Origin: Octopus vulgaris
Lineage: Eukaryota
Assembly (NCBI GenBank): GCA_951406725.2
Contig: OX597817.1
Span: 155,062,001 to 155,126,000, forward strand
Direction of reading: 5' to 3'
DNA: 64,000 nucleotides
Made by a program: the position numbers and the translations under genes. Positions 25,427 through 39,880 of the stretch are shown here, in pieces. The stretch's first letter is position 1; the number at the start of each line of letters is the position of its first letter. The notes under the pieces are model-generated. The model had not been told where the DNA came from and made no database searches. It was given only the letters and a program-made list of their open reading frames with translations.

Positions 25427-27279
25427 GTAACCATTCTCATTTAACTTTTTATTTATTTTTTTTGTATTATTATTACATTCATACACAAATACACCCATAA
25501 ATCTATACATGTTTATCTGTGCACATCATCATCATCCTCATCATCATTTTACCAATTTTCCTGAGAGAATGGGTTGAATGGGTCTTCACAATGAGTCAGT
25601 TGTTATTCAGGCTTACTGCTCTCCTACACAGCTTGAAGAACCCCATCTCATATGTTTCAATTTTGCTTTACTTTCTATGGCTAGTTGCTCTTCCTAACAC
25701 CAACCATTTCCCTGTGTACTAGGTGCATTTTATTGTGCCACCAGTAGTAAAAAAGTTGTCATGTCCTCAGCAGGATTAAAGGATCCTCTTGATTCCACAT
25801 TGTACAGAATGTAATGGAGCATTTTATCACGGCACCAACATTAGAGAGGTTACCATATTTTCCACAAAACAAAAGGGTCTACTCAACTATCCATCTTTAC
25901 TTGCTCATTGACTACTGTACAGAATCTCTGGGATGGTTTATTGGTGTGTCAACCTTAGTAGGTCCCCTTATACTCTATGATATCAGAGGGTCCTCACCAC
26001 TCTATAATTTGTTCGTACACTCAGGGTTGTGTTGCTGAAGAGGTGAATTGAAAAGAACAGTAATAACAGAAGAATGAGGAAATATGGAAGAGGAGAGCAT
26101 ATATGTGGATATGTCCTTTCCTGGGGTAACACTTTTTCCAACTTATGCCGACTGAGAATATGGACATTAAAGGATGATGGCAATGATAATAAGCATTTTG
26201 CTGTGTAGTTCAGAAGATTACTTCACTATCATGAGATTCCATGTTCAATATCATATATCTGTTTTCTGTTATAAAATTTGAGTTTTCTCTAATGAAATTG
26301 TGTGTGTGTGCACACACTCGTGCTCTTACATACATGTACACATTCATACATCCAACAAATTGTTTTTGTTCTTTACGGTGTCTTTATTCCTAGAATCAGA
26401 GCTGTGAATATTAAAATAAGAGAAAGCTGTCACCTTTGATTGGAGGTATAGTTATGTAGCTACTTAAACATTCATCTTATCCTTGCAATCATTGCTTCCT
26501 CTCTTACCTTTCAAGTTTCTCCTGTTTGTTTAATTAGTTTTTGCTACCCACAGCAGCCTCTGTTCTTCAGACCTGTTGACTCTAAATCCACTTGGTGCTC
26601 ATTGTTTCCACAGTTCTCATAATATTTTGTCCAATCCTTCTGCTTCCAAAACTGTTTTCCAACAGAATACATTTTTCCTGCTTGTGTTTTATCTCCAACC
26701 ATCAGCCTGCTTCAGTTTCAATCAAACAATACCACCATCAACCAGTAATCCCACCCAATTAATGCAGCACATGACTTACATAAAACCCAAGAGGTTGTAT
26801 TGTGCTTCTCCTCTGCTCTACTCTACTCCACTGATAGGCAAAATTAGTAAATAACATCCATCATAATCATCATTCTGTTCTGACACAATAATTTTATCTT
26901 TCTACAAAACCTTCCTTTCTTTTATGAGCTGTTGTAATGGCTTATTTCTTTCCTTAGCTTATTACTGCTTTGTTTGGATTTTATTAAGCACCACTTCTGT
27001 CTCTTGTGAGTTTTGTCTAACTCTCTATCACAGCTAGTCTGTTTCAGCCACAAGCCCTACCTGTTGTTTTTTTTAATCCCATGTCAGCTCTTGCATAATT
27101 TATTAACCCTTTTGATACCAACCCATCTCAGACCACCCTTGGTTCTGATACATACTTCTGGCTTGAATTAAAACCTTCCATCAGCACTTCATTTTAATCT
27201 TACGTTTCAAACACCACCTTAATAGTTACAAGGTTATTTTACTAATTTTTCAGGATGCTCTGTAAGTATTGTTTCTAGA

Positions 27280-28930
27280 ATAAGAATTGAGTGGAGGCAG
27301 TTCAGAGAGCTGTTACCTCTGTTGGCAACAAAAGGACTCCTTCTCAGAGTGAAAGGTAGATTGTATGATGCTTTTGTGAGAACATCTATGCTTCATGGTT
27401 ATGAAGCATGAGCTCTGAATGCAGAAGACATGCTTAGACTGAAGAGGTGTGCAACATCAGTGCACATGTACGGCAAAGTGCAAATGTATTGAGAGGAAAA
27501 GATGGACATAAGAGGAATCAAATGTAGCATGGAAGAGAGAAGACTACATTGGTTTGGACATGTGATGCGTATGAATGAGGACAGCTGCATAAAGGAGTGC
27601 CGATCACTGAAAGTGGATGGTACCCGCAGAAGAGGAAGGTGTGGGCTGAAGTGGTAAGGACTGATCTCAGGATGTTGGGCCTCATGGAGGAAATGACAAT
27701 GGACCGAGATGTCTGGCAATATGAGGTTCTTGAGAAAACCCATCCACTGAGTTCTAGAAGCACTGGATGTCCTACCCACACTTAACAAGAAAACTTCTCA
27801 CACTCTCTACCACAACAAACCAAACTACATCTCTTCTCTTCTTCACATTTCCACTTCATGCACTATGCTAACCTTCCAATCCTATTTCTTTATTGCACAC
27901 AAGGGGCTAAACACAGAGAGGACAAACAAGGACAGACAAAGGGATTAAGTCGATTATATCGACCCCAGTGCATAACTGGTACTTAATTTATCGACCTCCG
28001 AAAGGATGAAAGGCAAAGTCGACCACGGCGGAATTTGAACTCAGAACGTAACGGCAGACGAAATACCACTAAGCATTTCACCTGGTGTGCTAACGTTTCT
28101 ACCAGCTCACCGCCTTAAAACCTCCCAATCCTGTCCCACTGTACCATTGCTCTCTGCTGGCAACCTGACCTGTGTTCCACCCACACGCCCTCTTTCACTG
28201 TTTCATTGCTATCTACTAGCCCCTGACCTGTGTGTTCCACCCACACATGACAAGAAAACTTTTCACACACCCTACCCCAACAAACCAATCTACATCTTTA
28301 CGGCTCTTCCTCACATTCCCTCCTTCATTTACTATGCCTACCTTCCACTTCCCAATCCTATCCTCACGGCTTTGTTCCTCTGTATCATTGCTATGGGTGA
28401 CTATGTATTTCTTTTGCGACAACACATCAGTTTCTGTCTTCATTCCATGATCTCTCTCTCTCTCACTCACTCACTCACTCATCCAATAACCTTGTACCTC
28501 CTCTTCAGCAGGACACCAGTTTCTGCCTCTCTGCCTCACTATAGCTTTTCATCATCTGACACAAGATCACCTCCTCCATTCCCCCCTCCCCTTTCAAAAG
28601 ATTTTTGTCCTGCAGGTTACTTGGTGACCCTGTCAGTGCAGGTGCCACTTAAAAAGCATCAAGTCCACATTGTAAAGTGGTTCGCATTTCGAAGGGCATC
28701 TAACTGTAAAAAAAAACCTTGCCAAAACTGACCTCGCCTGTGCTTGTGCCACATAAAAAAACACTAAGTTCACTCTGCTGAGTGGTTGGTGTTAGGAAAG
28801 GCATCCAGCTGTAAAAATCCTGCCAAAACAGTTGCAGTCATCTGGTGCAGGGTTCTGCTTGGCCAACTCCTGTCAAACAATCCACCCATGCCAGCATGGA
28901 AGGTGGACGTTAAGCAATAATGATGATGAC
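27280..28930 (+). mobile_element. RTE-clade LINE 3' portion: ORF end, CT-rich 3' UTR, (GAT)n tail; SINE nested at 27882-28115
   Basis: WRQFRELLPLLATKG..RVKGRLYDAFVR..MLHG, RRLHWFGHVMRM, W.EVVRTDLR.LGL motifs; ends CCCATGCCAGCATGGAA..(TGA)n. Confidence 0.75.
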
Positions 28931-29852
28931 AATATATATATCTATATCTATATATGTTACAAATAAGAAAATGGAGAAACACATTAGTTGGTCTATCGGC
29001 TTTAGGATATTAGAATGTTGCCTTATCTAATTATCAAAACTACAACCATAATAACATACATATATACAATATAAAATTCAATACATTTAAGATAAGTATA
29101 GAAGTAGTTATTCAAAAAAACATATGTATATATATATAAATAAAATTTATGTATGTATAGTTGCTGGATGTGTCCTTTTTAATGGTAAGGTTGTGATTTG
29201 CTGTTTCTATCTCACTGAATGTCATAGAATGTATAGATACTTCTTTGTTGGTTAAACAGTCTTGTCTTATTTTAGCCTTCTATTTTCATCTACCTACACT
29301 ACTTCCTGGACCTTACATCCCTTTAGCAGTGTCCCTTGATTAGCAGACTTAATTTATCACCTGGTTTAACACTACCACTTGCCTTTTGGGTGACTTTAGT
29401 GGAGTCCACTCTGTTGCAAACATTGGACCCAGGTTTCTGGTTCGAAAGTACCTTCCTCCCCCCATCTTTCCTCCAGTTTTAAAAACCCTACAAAAGGGCA
29501 TATACCCTGCCTTTCCTCTTGACTAAGCAAGAAAAAAAGTTACGGTTCTTCATTAATCATGATTTCGTGACCTATTTCTGCTTGTGACCCAGTTTGTGAC
29601 AATTAATGGTCAGCTTGATTCATTTCACTTAACAACCTTATTTAATATCACCTAAGTATTGTTTGTCATGAATCCAAGTTTAGGCATAGTGTAATCTACT
29701 CTCTCATCTGGGATATGTAACCAGTACTGGTCTCATGGCAAAGATAGGTTACATATACAGGATACGTAGCTATTCTTGCCATGACACAGATATACAACTC
29801 CTCTTCTAACTGCATTTTTCTCTTCTTCATATTTCCTCTTCATAAACTTTTT

Positions 29853-30274
29853 TCTTTTACTTGTTTCAGTCATTTGACTGTGGCCATGCTGGACCACCGC
29901 CTTTTAGTCGAGCAACTCGACCCCGGGACTTATTCTTTTTGTAAGTCCAGTACTTATTCTATCGGTCTCTTTTTGCTGAACCGCTAAGTGACGGGGACGT
30001 AAACACACCAGCATCGGTTGTCAAGCAATGCTAGGGGGACAAACACAGACACACAAACACATGCACACACACACACACACACACTCACACACATATATAT
30101 ACACATATATATGACAGGCTTCTTTCAATTTCCGTCTACCAAATACACTCACAAGGCATTGGTTGGCCTGGGGCTATAGCAGAAGACACTTGCCCAAGGT
30201 GCCACGCAGTGGGACTGAACCCGGAACCATGTGGTTGGTTAGCAAGCTACTTACCACACAGCCACTCCTGCGCC
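29853..30274 (-). mobile_element. CORE-type SINE; further minus copies at ~31903-32316, 40305-40475, 48461-49005, 62801-63213
   Basis: Same family consensus; the 48461 copy is interrupted by an RTE-tail fragment (~48686-48823). Confidence 0.88.
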
Positions 30275-32125
30275 TACGACTGTTTTCCAATTTCCTTTCT
30301 TGCCTTCACTGCCCTGCTCACTGTATTACTGCTCCCCACACCCCCCAACATCCACACCCTATTTTTCTAATGAGGTTCAGTGCTCATATTCTTGTTACTT
30401 GTGAGTATACCCTAATACTACAACATCTCTCTTTTACTCTCTCTTACACTTTTGCTATTTCCTACTCTCTTTCTCTTTGGTCACACTCTCTCTCCTCTTG
30501 TTTTTCCTCTGACTAGCTCTCACTCTCTGTCTCTTTCCTCTCACTCACTTTCTCACTGGGTAACCATGTACCTCCTCTATAGCAAGATGCCTATTTGAGC
30601 CTCTCTATTTCTCTAACCTTTCATCATTTGAGACTGGATCACCTCCTTTAATGTCTCCTCTGTTGTGGCAAGACACCTGCTTCTGTCTCTCTGTCTCTTC
30701 GTCACACTCTGACACAAGTTCCCCTCCTCAAATGCCCTCCCCATCTCATAATTCCTTGTCTTGTGAGTTACTTGGTTACCATGCCAGTGCTGGTGTCATG
30801 TTAAAAGCATCCAGAGTACACTGTAATGCAGTTGGTGTTTGGAAAATCATGCCAGAACTAATTTTGCCTTTGCTAGTGCCACATAAAAAGCTCTGAGTCC
30901 ACTTTCGGAGTGGTTGGTGTTAGAAAGGACATCCAGCCATAAAATCTCTGCCAAAACAGACACAGTAGCCTAGGGTAGTTTTCCTGCCTTGCCAGCTCCT
31001 TTCATCCATCCTACTAATGCATGCATGTATGTTAGACGTTAAATGATGATGAAGATGATATATACACACAAACACACACAGATAGTGAAGCAGATCAACA
31101 CAATCAGGCTTGATACATGCATATATATATATATCTCAGTGCTGCTGGATTGACTCCTGTGCAGGTGGCATGTAAAAAGCACCATTTTGAGCATGGCCAT
31201 TGCCATCACCGCCAGACTGGCCCTCGTGCCGGTGACATGTAAAAGCACCCACTACACTCTCGGAGTGGTTGGCATTAGGAAGGGCATCCAGCTGTAGAAA
31301 CTCTGCCAGATCAGATTGGTGCCTGGCGCAGCCATCTGGTTTGCCAGTCCTCAGTCAAATCGTCCAACCCATGCTAGCATGGAAAGCGGAAGTTAAATGA
31401 TGATGATATATATACTGGTTACCACCATTGCTGCCGTTGCCACCATCTGTGGTTGCTTTCATCTTAAGAGGCAGAGAAAAATAGGGTTTGCCAAGAAATA
31501 CAAGAGGGAGAAAAATGTCCTTCAAGGGAAGAGAATTGCTGAGAGAGATTTTAATTATCATATACTTATTTTATTATGTCTGTAGATAATTCTGTATAAT
31601 TCATTCCTTTTCTTTCATGTTTTGGTTGTCCTAGTAGCTGCAAGTAGATGCAGATAACTTTATTTCGCTCTGATTTGGGGTTTGTCAATGCACTGCAATT
31701 TGGGATAAAACTACATTCAAAACATTTAGGAACAATATAAATGGTCGACTTTTTTCTTTATTTGTTTAAGTAGTGGAAAAAATGAGGTGAGAGAGGGAGG
31801 GCATTAAAAGCCCCTGAGTCACAATTGAGATTACCATTAACTTTATACAGAGTATGATCAATATTTTATGTGTGTGTGTATATCTAATATATATATATAT
31901 TTCTCTTTCACTTGTTTCAGTCATTTGACTGCGGCCATGCTGGAGCACCGCCTTTAATCGAGCAACTCGACCCCGGGACTTATTCTTTGTAAGCCCAGTA
32001 CTTATTCTATCGGTCTCTTTTTTGCCGAACCGCTAAGTGACGGGGACGTAAACACACCAGCATCGGTTGTCAAGCGATAGCATCGGTTGTCAAGCGATGC
32101 TAGGGGGACAAACACAAACACACAA

Positions 32126-32156
<31 letters not shown>

Positions 32157-33342
32157 CGACAGGCTTCTTTCAGTTTCCGTCTACCAAATCCACTCACAAA
32201 GCATTGGTCGGCCCGGGGCTATAGCAGAAGACACTTGCCCAAGATGCCACGCAGTGGGACTGAACCCGGAACCATGTGGTTGGTTAGCAAGCTACTTACC
32301 ACACAGCCACTCCTGCACTATATATATATATATATAGATATATATATAGAGAGGGAGAGAGAGAGAGATACACTTATATATCCACTCACACTTATATACA
32401 AATATTTATAAAAATATATTTACATAGAGCATAAAAAATACAGTATACAAAGAAGAAAATACATAGTTACTTAACTTGACAGCTGTTTCGGGAAGCTCAG
32501 AATTGCATAATAATCATAATGTTCATAATTTGCATATGGAATGTGCAAAAAGTCTTGAGCATTCAATCAATAAATAGTTACACAGAGATATTACTCTAAG
32601 TCTGGGTTCCTTCAAGAGAAAATTGGCAAAGCCTAATTGTGTTTAAGTGCATCACTATCTCATATCAGTCAGCTCACCTGGATTTCTCTTTAGCCCACTC
32701 TTGATGCTGTAACAATTCCTTTGAGCTCTACTACATATTTACCCTGCATGCATCAGCAAAAGCAGGGTAGTGTAGTTGTTCATCTTTGTCTGTGTGTTTG
32801 CAAAATGACTGGAAAACAGTTGAATGGATTTTCACCAAATTTGGCAGAAATATTCATTGGGTGAGTGACTTAAACTCATTAAATTTTGGTTAGATTATCT
32901 TCAAAACTGACAGATGGGCAAATCAAAATGTTCTCTTTTTATATTTTTGGTTACATATGCATAAATGATAAACAAGAGAAATAACTCTTGGTGTCATTTT
33001 GTTGAAATATGAACCTATGTGAGAATATATCATCATCATCATTTAACGTCCGCTTTCCATGCTAGCATGGGTTGGACGGTTCAACTGGGGTCTGGGGAGC
33101 CCGAAGGCTGCACCAGTCCAGTCAGATCTGGCAGTGTTTCTACAGCTGGATGCCCTTCCTAACGCCAACCACTCCGAGAGTGTAGTGGGTGATTTTATGT
33201 GCCAATTAAATTTTATTTTATCCTTGTGTGCGCACAGGGTATGCTTCACCCCTCCAATGCCTTTTTTTTTTTTCTATACTGAGCATATCTAGCTCTCACT
33301 TGTGAAAAGTATGTGAGTGTGTGTGTATGTGTATGTATATAC

Positions 33343-33393
<51 letters not shown>

Positions 33394-34881
33394 TATAAAA
33401 TCAAAAACAGAACACAAAGGATATCATTTGATATATTCCCTCTCACCTCTGCCACTATCTGGCATATACAGGTGCTTACACTTATCAAGTATTCACCCTA
33501 AATTTACAGTTCCTATATATATATATATGGAGGGAGAAAAAGGATTAAATAAATCCATCACTACCCCCTTACATACGCTATGTGTAACTAAATTGTCTAG
33601 ATAAGGCTACAGTAATTCATGCTTTCAGCTTTGATAAGAATAGAATGGAACCTAATTCTCTTCTCACTGTAGCATTTTAGTCAATCATATATGGGATCGA
33701 TTATATACGGGATCAGTTAAATACGCATATTGCAACATGCTGCGGTTTGGTTCACCATTCTATTTGAAACGCATATAACCGATTAAATCATTGATTAATT
33801 ATGTGCGATTAGGTTTGTTTTTACCCCCATCTTAACATGTTTGTAAATATAAGCCTCACTGTTTATGCAGATGGTGTAATATTCTTTTTGCAGTTTGCCA
33901 CTAGTGGTTGCTAAGAAGAAGAAAAACTAAGTCTAGTTGAACAGCTTTTGAGTGCCATATAAGTCATATACAGAAATGTTGTCAACAAGGAAAGAGTTAT
34001 CAACAAGTTCAGATAGATTCCTTTGAGGGCTCAGTTTTCAGACATCTCTTGTTTATTGTAATTCTCCATACCATAACAGGCTTTTCAGACAGGCTGTTGA
34101 CCAAAGACTAAGAATCTTGCAGAATCTTTCAAAGACTTAGAGAATAAGTTCTAAACAGATGAAACAGATGAAAGGCAAAATTGTCCTTAGTGGGATATGA
34201 ACTCATAATGTAAATAGCCGGAACAAATCTTATTCTCTTTAATGATTCTACCAATCCGCCACCCGATATATATGCCAACTACATGGTTTCGGGTTCAGTC
34301 CCATGGCATAGTATCCGTGGCAAGTGTTTCCTACTATAGCCTTGGGCCATAGGTACTAAGTGAAAGAAGTGGATTTTCTAAGGCCAGATACCCTTTGTAA
34401 TGCCAACCCTCATTTGTTTCTTGGCAAAATGATATTTCCCATGATCAAATATGTTTTTCACAGATGACTAAAAATGAGCATGATTGCTTGTAAGATGGTG
34501 AAGCTTGCTTATGACCACCACTTGATGTCCGGACAAGTATACACATACATACATTATATATATACACAGGCACAGGCATGGCTGTGTAGTAAGAAGCTTT
34601 CTTCCCAACTACATGGTTTCAGATTTATTCCCACTGCATAGCAATTTAGGCAAGTGTTTTTTATTATAGGCTCAGGTCAATCAAAGTTTTGTGAGTGGAT
34701 TTGGTAGACGGAAACTGAAAGAAGCCCATTGTGTATATATGTGTGTGTATTTGTCTCCACCTACCCCCATTACTGGGGGGGGTGACAGGAAAAAAACAAG
34801 GACGGGTCACATTTGGAGTTTTCTTTCATCAGTCAAATTCCAGATTATCTTTGCAGTTTTGACTGGTTATACCCGATACTT

Positions 34882-34943
<62 letters not shown>

Positions 34944-34945
<2 letters not shown>

Positions 34946-35154
34946 GAAGGTTTGAAAATGCAATTTTAAAGGATGTTTATTTACTTTACCGGTTTCACTC
35001 TTTGGAAAAAGATTGTCAAAAGTAACATGTAGAAATTTGGTTGCGCCATTAACGCAACCAAATTTCTACATGTTACTTTTGACAATCTTTTTCCAAAGAG
35101 TGAAACCAGTAAAGTAAACAAACATCTTTTAAAATTGCATTTTCAAACCTTCTT
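34944..35154. repeat. ~102-bp inverted repeat with 7-nt loop, in (TA)n-flanked element 34941-35202
   Basis: 34944-35045 vs 35053-35154, three transition mismatches seen; loop CCATTAA. Confidence 0.93.
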
Positions 35155-36005
35155 ACGTATATAATTCCACTCGTGCAGTACCCTACAACTCCACTTTGTT
35201 TTATATATATATATATACACAAACACACATGTGATGGCTATTTAGTCATTATACAAGCATGACTTTCACTGAAAGATGTCCCAGCAATGCCCAAGCAAGG
35301 GTTTCAACTTGAGTGTGTCTTGCACAACACCACAGTGACTCTCACTAACAATACCAAGAAGACTGGAGACAAGCAAAGTGCAAGATATCTGCTTCAGCAG
35401 AGCAGTGTGTTTTATATATGAGTTAGCTTTCTCCTAGAGGGATGCCTTGACAGAGACCAGAGACCCCTCATTCCCAGCGGGCATCCTGCACCCTTTAGAC
35501 ACCAACTCTTCTACATCCTATTGCATGCCTGCCCAGAATACTGTTGAGTCTCTTAAGTTCCTCCACCCTTTGATAGGCTTTGTTTTTCGTCCTACAGTGT
35601 CCAATAAATCACCTTCCTCACCAAACAAGCTTGGTGGAGTTTCAGGTTCAGTCACCAATGACACAACCATGCGACAGGTTGTACTGGATTAAAAGGTGGC
35701 GAGCTGGCAGAAATGTTAGCACGCCGGGCGAGATGCTTAGCGGTATTTCGTCTGCCACTACGTTCTGACTTCAAATTCCACCAAGGTTGACTTTACCTTT
35801 CATCCTTTCGAGGTCGATAAATTAAGTACCAGTTACGCACTGGGGTCGATGTAATCGACTTAATCTGTTTGTCTGTCCTTGTTTGTCCCCTCTATGTTTA
35901 GCCCCTCGTGGGTAGTAAAGAAATAGGTTGTACTGGATTACATGTTACTAGTTGCACTTGAGAGCAACTTGATACTACATACATACATATATATTATATG
36001 TATAT

Positions 36006-36055
<50 letters not shown>

Positions 36056-36120
36056 ATTTATATACAATATATTGCATCTATATACAATAGATATATTATA
36101 TCTATAAACAATGTATATAT

Positions 36121-36250
36121 ATTGTATGTATATAGAATATATGTATTGTATGTATATAGAATATATGTATTGTATGTATATAGAATATATGTATTGTATG
36201 TATATAGAATATATGTATTGTATGTATATAGAATATATGTATTGTATATA
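36121..36250. repeat. 24-bp minisatellite, ~5 copies
   Basis: Unit ATTGTATGTATATAGAATATATGT. Confidence 0.9.
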
Positions 36251-36972
36251 TTTATGATTATACTAGCAGCTAAGCCTAGATTCACCCTGCACACACACAC
36301 ATTCACATATCCTCCTTTTACATACATACACATATATTCACACAGAGTTGAAACACTGTTTGATTTATTTTTCCAGCATACAATTTTCATCATTCTGCTA
36401 CCAAGTATGGCATCACCCCTTCCTTCCTTATCCATCTATTACCCCTTCCTTTCTCATTCATAAACACAAGAGTATTATTATAGTAGATTATTTGAGTAAC
36501 CATCGGAGCTATGAAACAATACAAAGCCCAGCGTCATCACCGGATCATTCTATACATCTGTGTAATTTTTCACACAATTCCACCTAACCGTTTGACCGTG
36601 AATCCCAAGACAAGAAAGAATCGCCCCTGTCAAATTTATATGTATAGATATATATATTATACACACACACAATGGGACTCTTTCAGTTTCTCTCTATCAA
36701 ATCTGGTCACAAGGCTTTGGTCAACCTGGGGCTATAGTAGAATACACTTGCTCAAGATTCCATGCAGTGAGACTGAACCTGAGACCATATGACTGGGAAG
36801 CAGTTTTCTAAACCACGCAGCCATGTCTGCACTAATATCATCATCATTTAACTTCCACTTTCTATGCTGGCATGGGTTTGATGGTTTGACCAAAACTGGT
36901 AAGCCAGAGAGCTGTACCAAGTTCCAGTCTGATTTGGCGTGGCTTCTACGGCTGGATGCCCTTCATAACACC

Positions 36973-37001
<29 letters not shown>

Positions 37002-37005
<4 letters not shown>

Positions 37006-38933
37006 TCATCATCATCATCATCATTTAACGTCCGCTTTCCATGCTAGCATGGGTTGGACGGTTCAACTGGGGTCTGGGGAGCCCGAAAGCTGCACCAGTC
37101 CAGTCAGATCTGGCAGTGTTTCTACAGCTGGATGCCCTTCCTAACGCCAACCACTCCGAGAGTATAGTGGGTGATTTTATGTGCCACCGACACAGGTGCC
37201 AGACGAGGCTGGCAAACGGCCACGCTCGGATGGTGTTTTTTATGTGCCACCGACACAGGTGCCAGACGAGGCTGGCAGACGGCCACGCTCGGATGGTGTT
37301 TTTATGTGCCACCGACACAGGTGCCAGATGAGGCTGGCAAACGGCCACGATCGGATGGTGTTTGTTACGTGCCCACAGCACGGAGGCCAGTCGATGCGGT
37401 ACTGGCTACGGCCACGTTCGGATGGTTTTCTTGTGTGCCACGTGCCACCGGCACTGGTACCACAAAGATACAAATTCCATTGATGTTCATCTATTTTGAT
37501 TTGTTTTGATTTGATTTGATTTTCACTTGCCTCAACAGGTCTTCACAAGTGTCACAAGAAGGAAGGTATGCACAGGTGGACTGACTACGTCCCAGGTAGG
37601 GGCCACAGGTTATGGCCCGACTAGTCTTGCCGGGTCTTCGGATGGTGTTTTTATGTGCCACCGACACAGGTGCCAGATGAGGCTGGCGAACGGCCACGAT
37701 CGGATGGTGTTTGTTACGTGCCCACAGCACGGAGGCCAGTCGGTGCGGTACTGGCTACGGCCACGTTCGGATGGTTTTCTTGCGTGCCACCGGCACTGGT
37801 ACCACAAGATACAATTCCATTAATGTTCATCTATTTTGATTTGATTTGATTTGATTTGTTTTGATTTCATTTTGATTTTCACTTGCCTCAACAGGCCTTC
37901 ACAAGTATCACAAGGAGGAAGGTATGCACAGGTGGACTGACTACGTCCCAGGTAGGGGCCATGGGATATGGCCTGACTAGTCTTGCCGGGTCTTCGGATG
38001 GTGTTTTTATGTGCCACCGACACAGGTGCTAGATGAGGCTGGCGAAACGGCCACGATCGGATGGTGTTTGTTATGTGCCCACAGCACGATGGCCAGTCGA
38101 TGCGGTACTGACTACGGCCACGTTCGGATGGATTCTTGTGTGCCACAGGCACTGGCACCACAAAGATACAAATTCCATTGATGTTCATCTATTTTGATTT
38201 GTTTTGATTTTGATTTTCACTTGCCTCAACAGGTCTTCACAAGTGTCACAAGAAGGAAGGTATGCACAGGTGGACTGACTAGTCTTGCCGGGTCTTCAGA
38301 AGGTGTTTTTATGTGCCACCGACACAGGTGCCAGATGAGGCTGGCGAACGGCCATGATCGGATGGTGTTTGTTACGTGCCCACAGCACGGAGGCCGGTCG
38401 ATGCGGAACTGGCTACGGCCACGTTCGGATGGTTCTCTTGTGTGCCACTGGCACTGGTACCACAAAGATACAGATTCCATTGATGTTCATCTATTTTGAT
38501 TTGTTTTGATTTTGATTTTCACTTGCCTCAACAGGTCTTCACAAGTGTCACAAGAAGGAAGGTATGCACAGGTGGACTGACTACGTCCCAGGTAGGGGCC
38601 ATGGGTTATGGCCTGACTAGTCTTGCCGGGTCTTCGGATGGTGTTTTTATGTGCCACTGACACAGGTGCTAGATGAGGCTGGCGAACGGCCACGATCGGA
38701 TGGTGTTCGTTATGTGCCCACAGCACGATGGCCAGTGATGCGGTACTGACTACGGCCACGTTCGGATGGATTCTTGTGTGCCACCGGCACTGGTACCACA
38801 AAGATACAAATTCCATTGATGTTCATCTATTTTGATTTGTTTTGATTTTCACTTGCCTCAACAGGTCTTCACAAGTGTCACAAGAAGGAAGGTATGTACA
38901 GGTGGACTGACTACGTCCCAGGTAGGGGCCACA
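37002..38933 (-). repeat. Tandem array of ~300-355-bp units ending in an RTE-type tail
   Basis: CACTTGCCTCAACAGG block recurs at ~37524, 37880, 38218, 38520, 38850; (GATTT)n spacers; single tail at 37002-37170. Confidence 0.88.
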
Positions 38934-39023
38934 GTTAATCCAAACAAGAAAACACAAAAAAACACAACAACGCGAGGACGTGGAACAAATAATGTATTAT
39001 TGGACGCTCAGGGAAGAAGGAGG

Positions 39024-39058
39024 GTTTAACGTTTCAAGCGGAGCTCTTCGTCGGAAAC
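39024..39058 (-). ncRNA. Minimal type I hammerhead ribozyme (U4C core variant) in element ~38934-39126
   Basis: Minus strand GTTT-CCGACGA-A-GAGC-tcc-GCTT-GAAA-CG-TT-AAAC; flanks homologous to the 21490-21703 element. Confidence 0.65.
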
Positions 39059-39503
39059 ATAGAAGGAAAGATCCAGAGAAGGGAAGACAGAGGAAAAAAA
39101 TCGCCAGCGGTACTCACGAGGTCACATATATATATATATATATATGTAAAACATGTAGTTTGCACTGTAAGCACTCCCTGTATCAACTGTCAAACAGGGA
39201 TCAGTGATTTTGGCACCTTCCAACAGTATTACTCTTTCCACCAATGTCAAGTAGCATGGTTGCTACCAAGGGATATCTGGATTCTTTTGTCTCACATTGC
39301 ACCATGTTTTTACTCTCCATTATCCATGCAGCCACCACAACAGCTGGTTGCATCTGTAACCTCGGAAACACACACACTGGCACAAAAGTCATAAAGCAGC
39401 CAGAGACTCTACATTTAATGAAATATATATTTTTGTCTCAGTTAAATTGCTTATATTACTTCTGGGATGCTGTGTTGATGTGAGTGTATATTTGTATATA
39501 AAA

Positions 39504-39880
39504 CTAGCAGTATCGCCCGGCGTTGCTCGGGTTTGTAAGGGAAATAACTATATAAGCATTTTTAGAGAGTTATAGCAAAAAAATGCATTAAAAATGGAAA
39601 AAAAAATTATGGTAAATTTTTTTTTAAATCGTTGACTCATCGTAGACATTTTTAGAGAGTTACTTCCCTTATATAATAGCGAAAAAATGGAAAAAATGAT
39701 GGTAAATTTTTTTTTAAATCGTGAACTCATCGTCGACGCGCACTAATACCCAGAAGGGCTCGATATGAATCACGACTATAAGATACCCGGTTTTGGTTAA
39801 ACTGCACCGCAAAATGTGGGAGTAGTTAGGAATCTAAATCGTAGGAGACAGACACACAACTTTAGTTTTATATATAAAGA
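39504..39880 (-). mobile_element. Non-autonomous Helitron (same family)
   Basis: Near-identical to 4917-5306 including termini. Confidence 0.85.
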
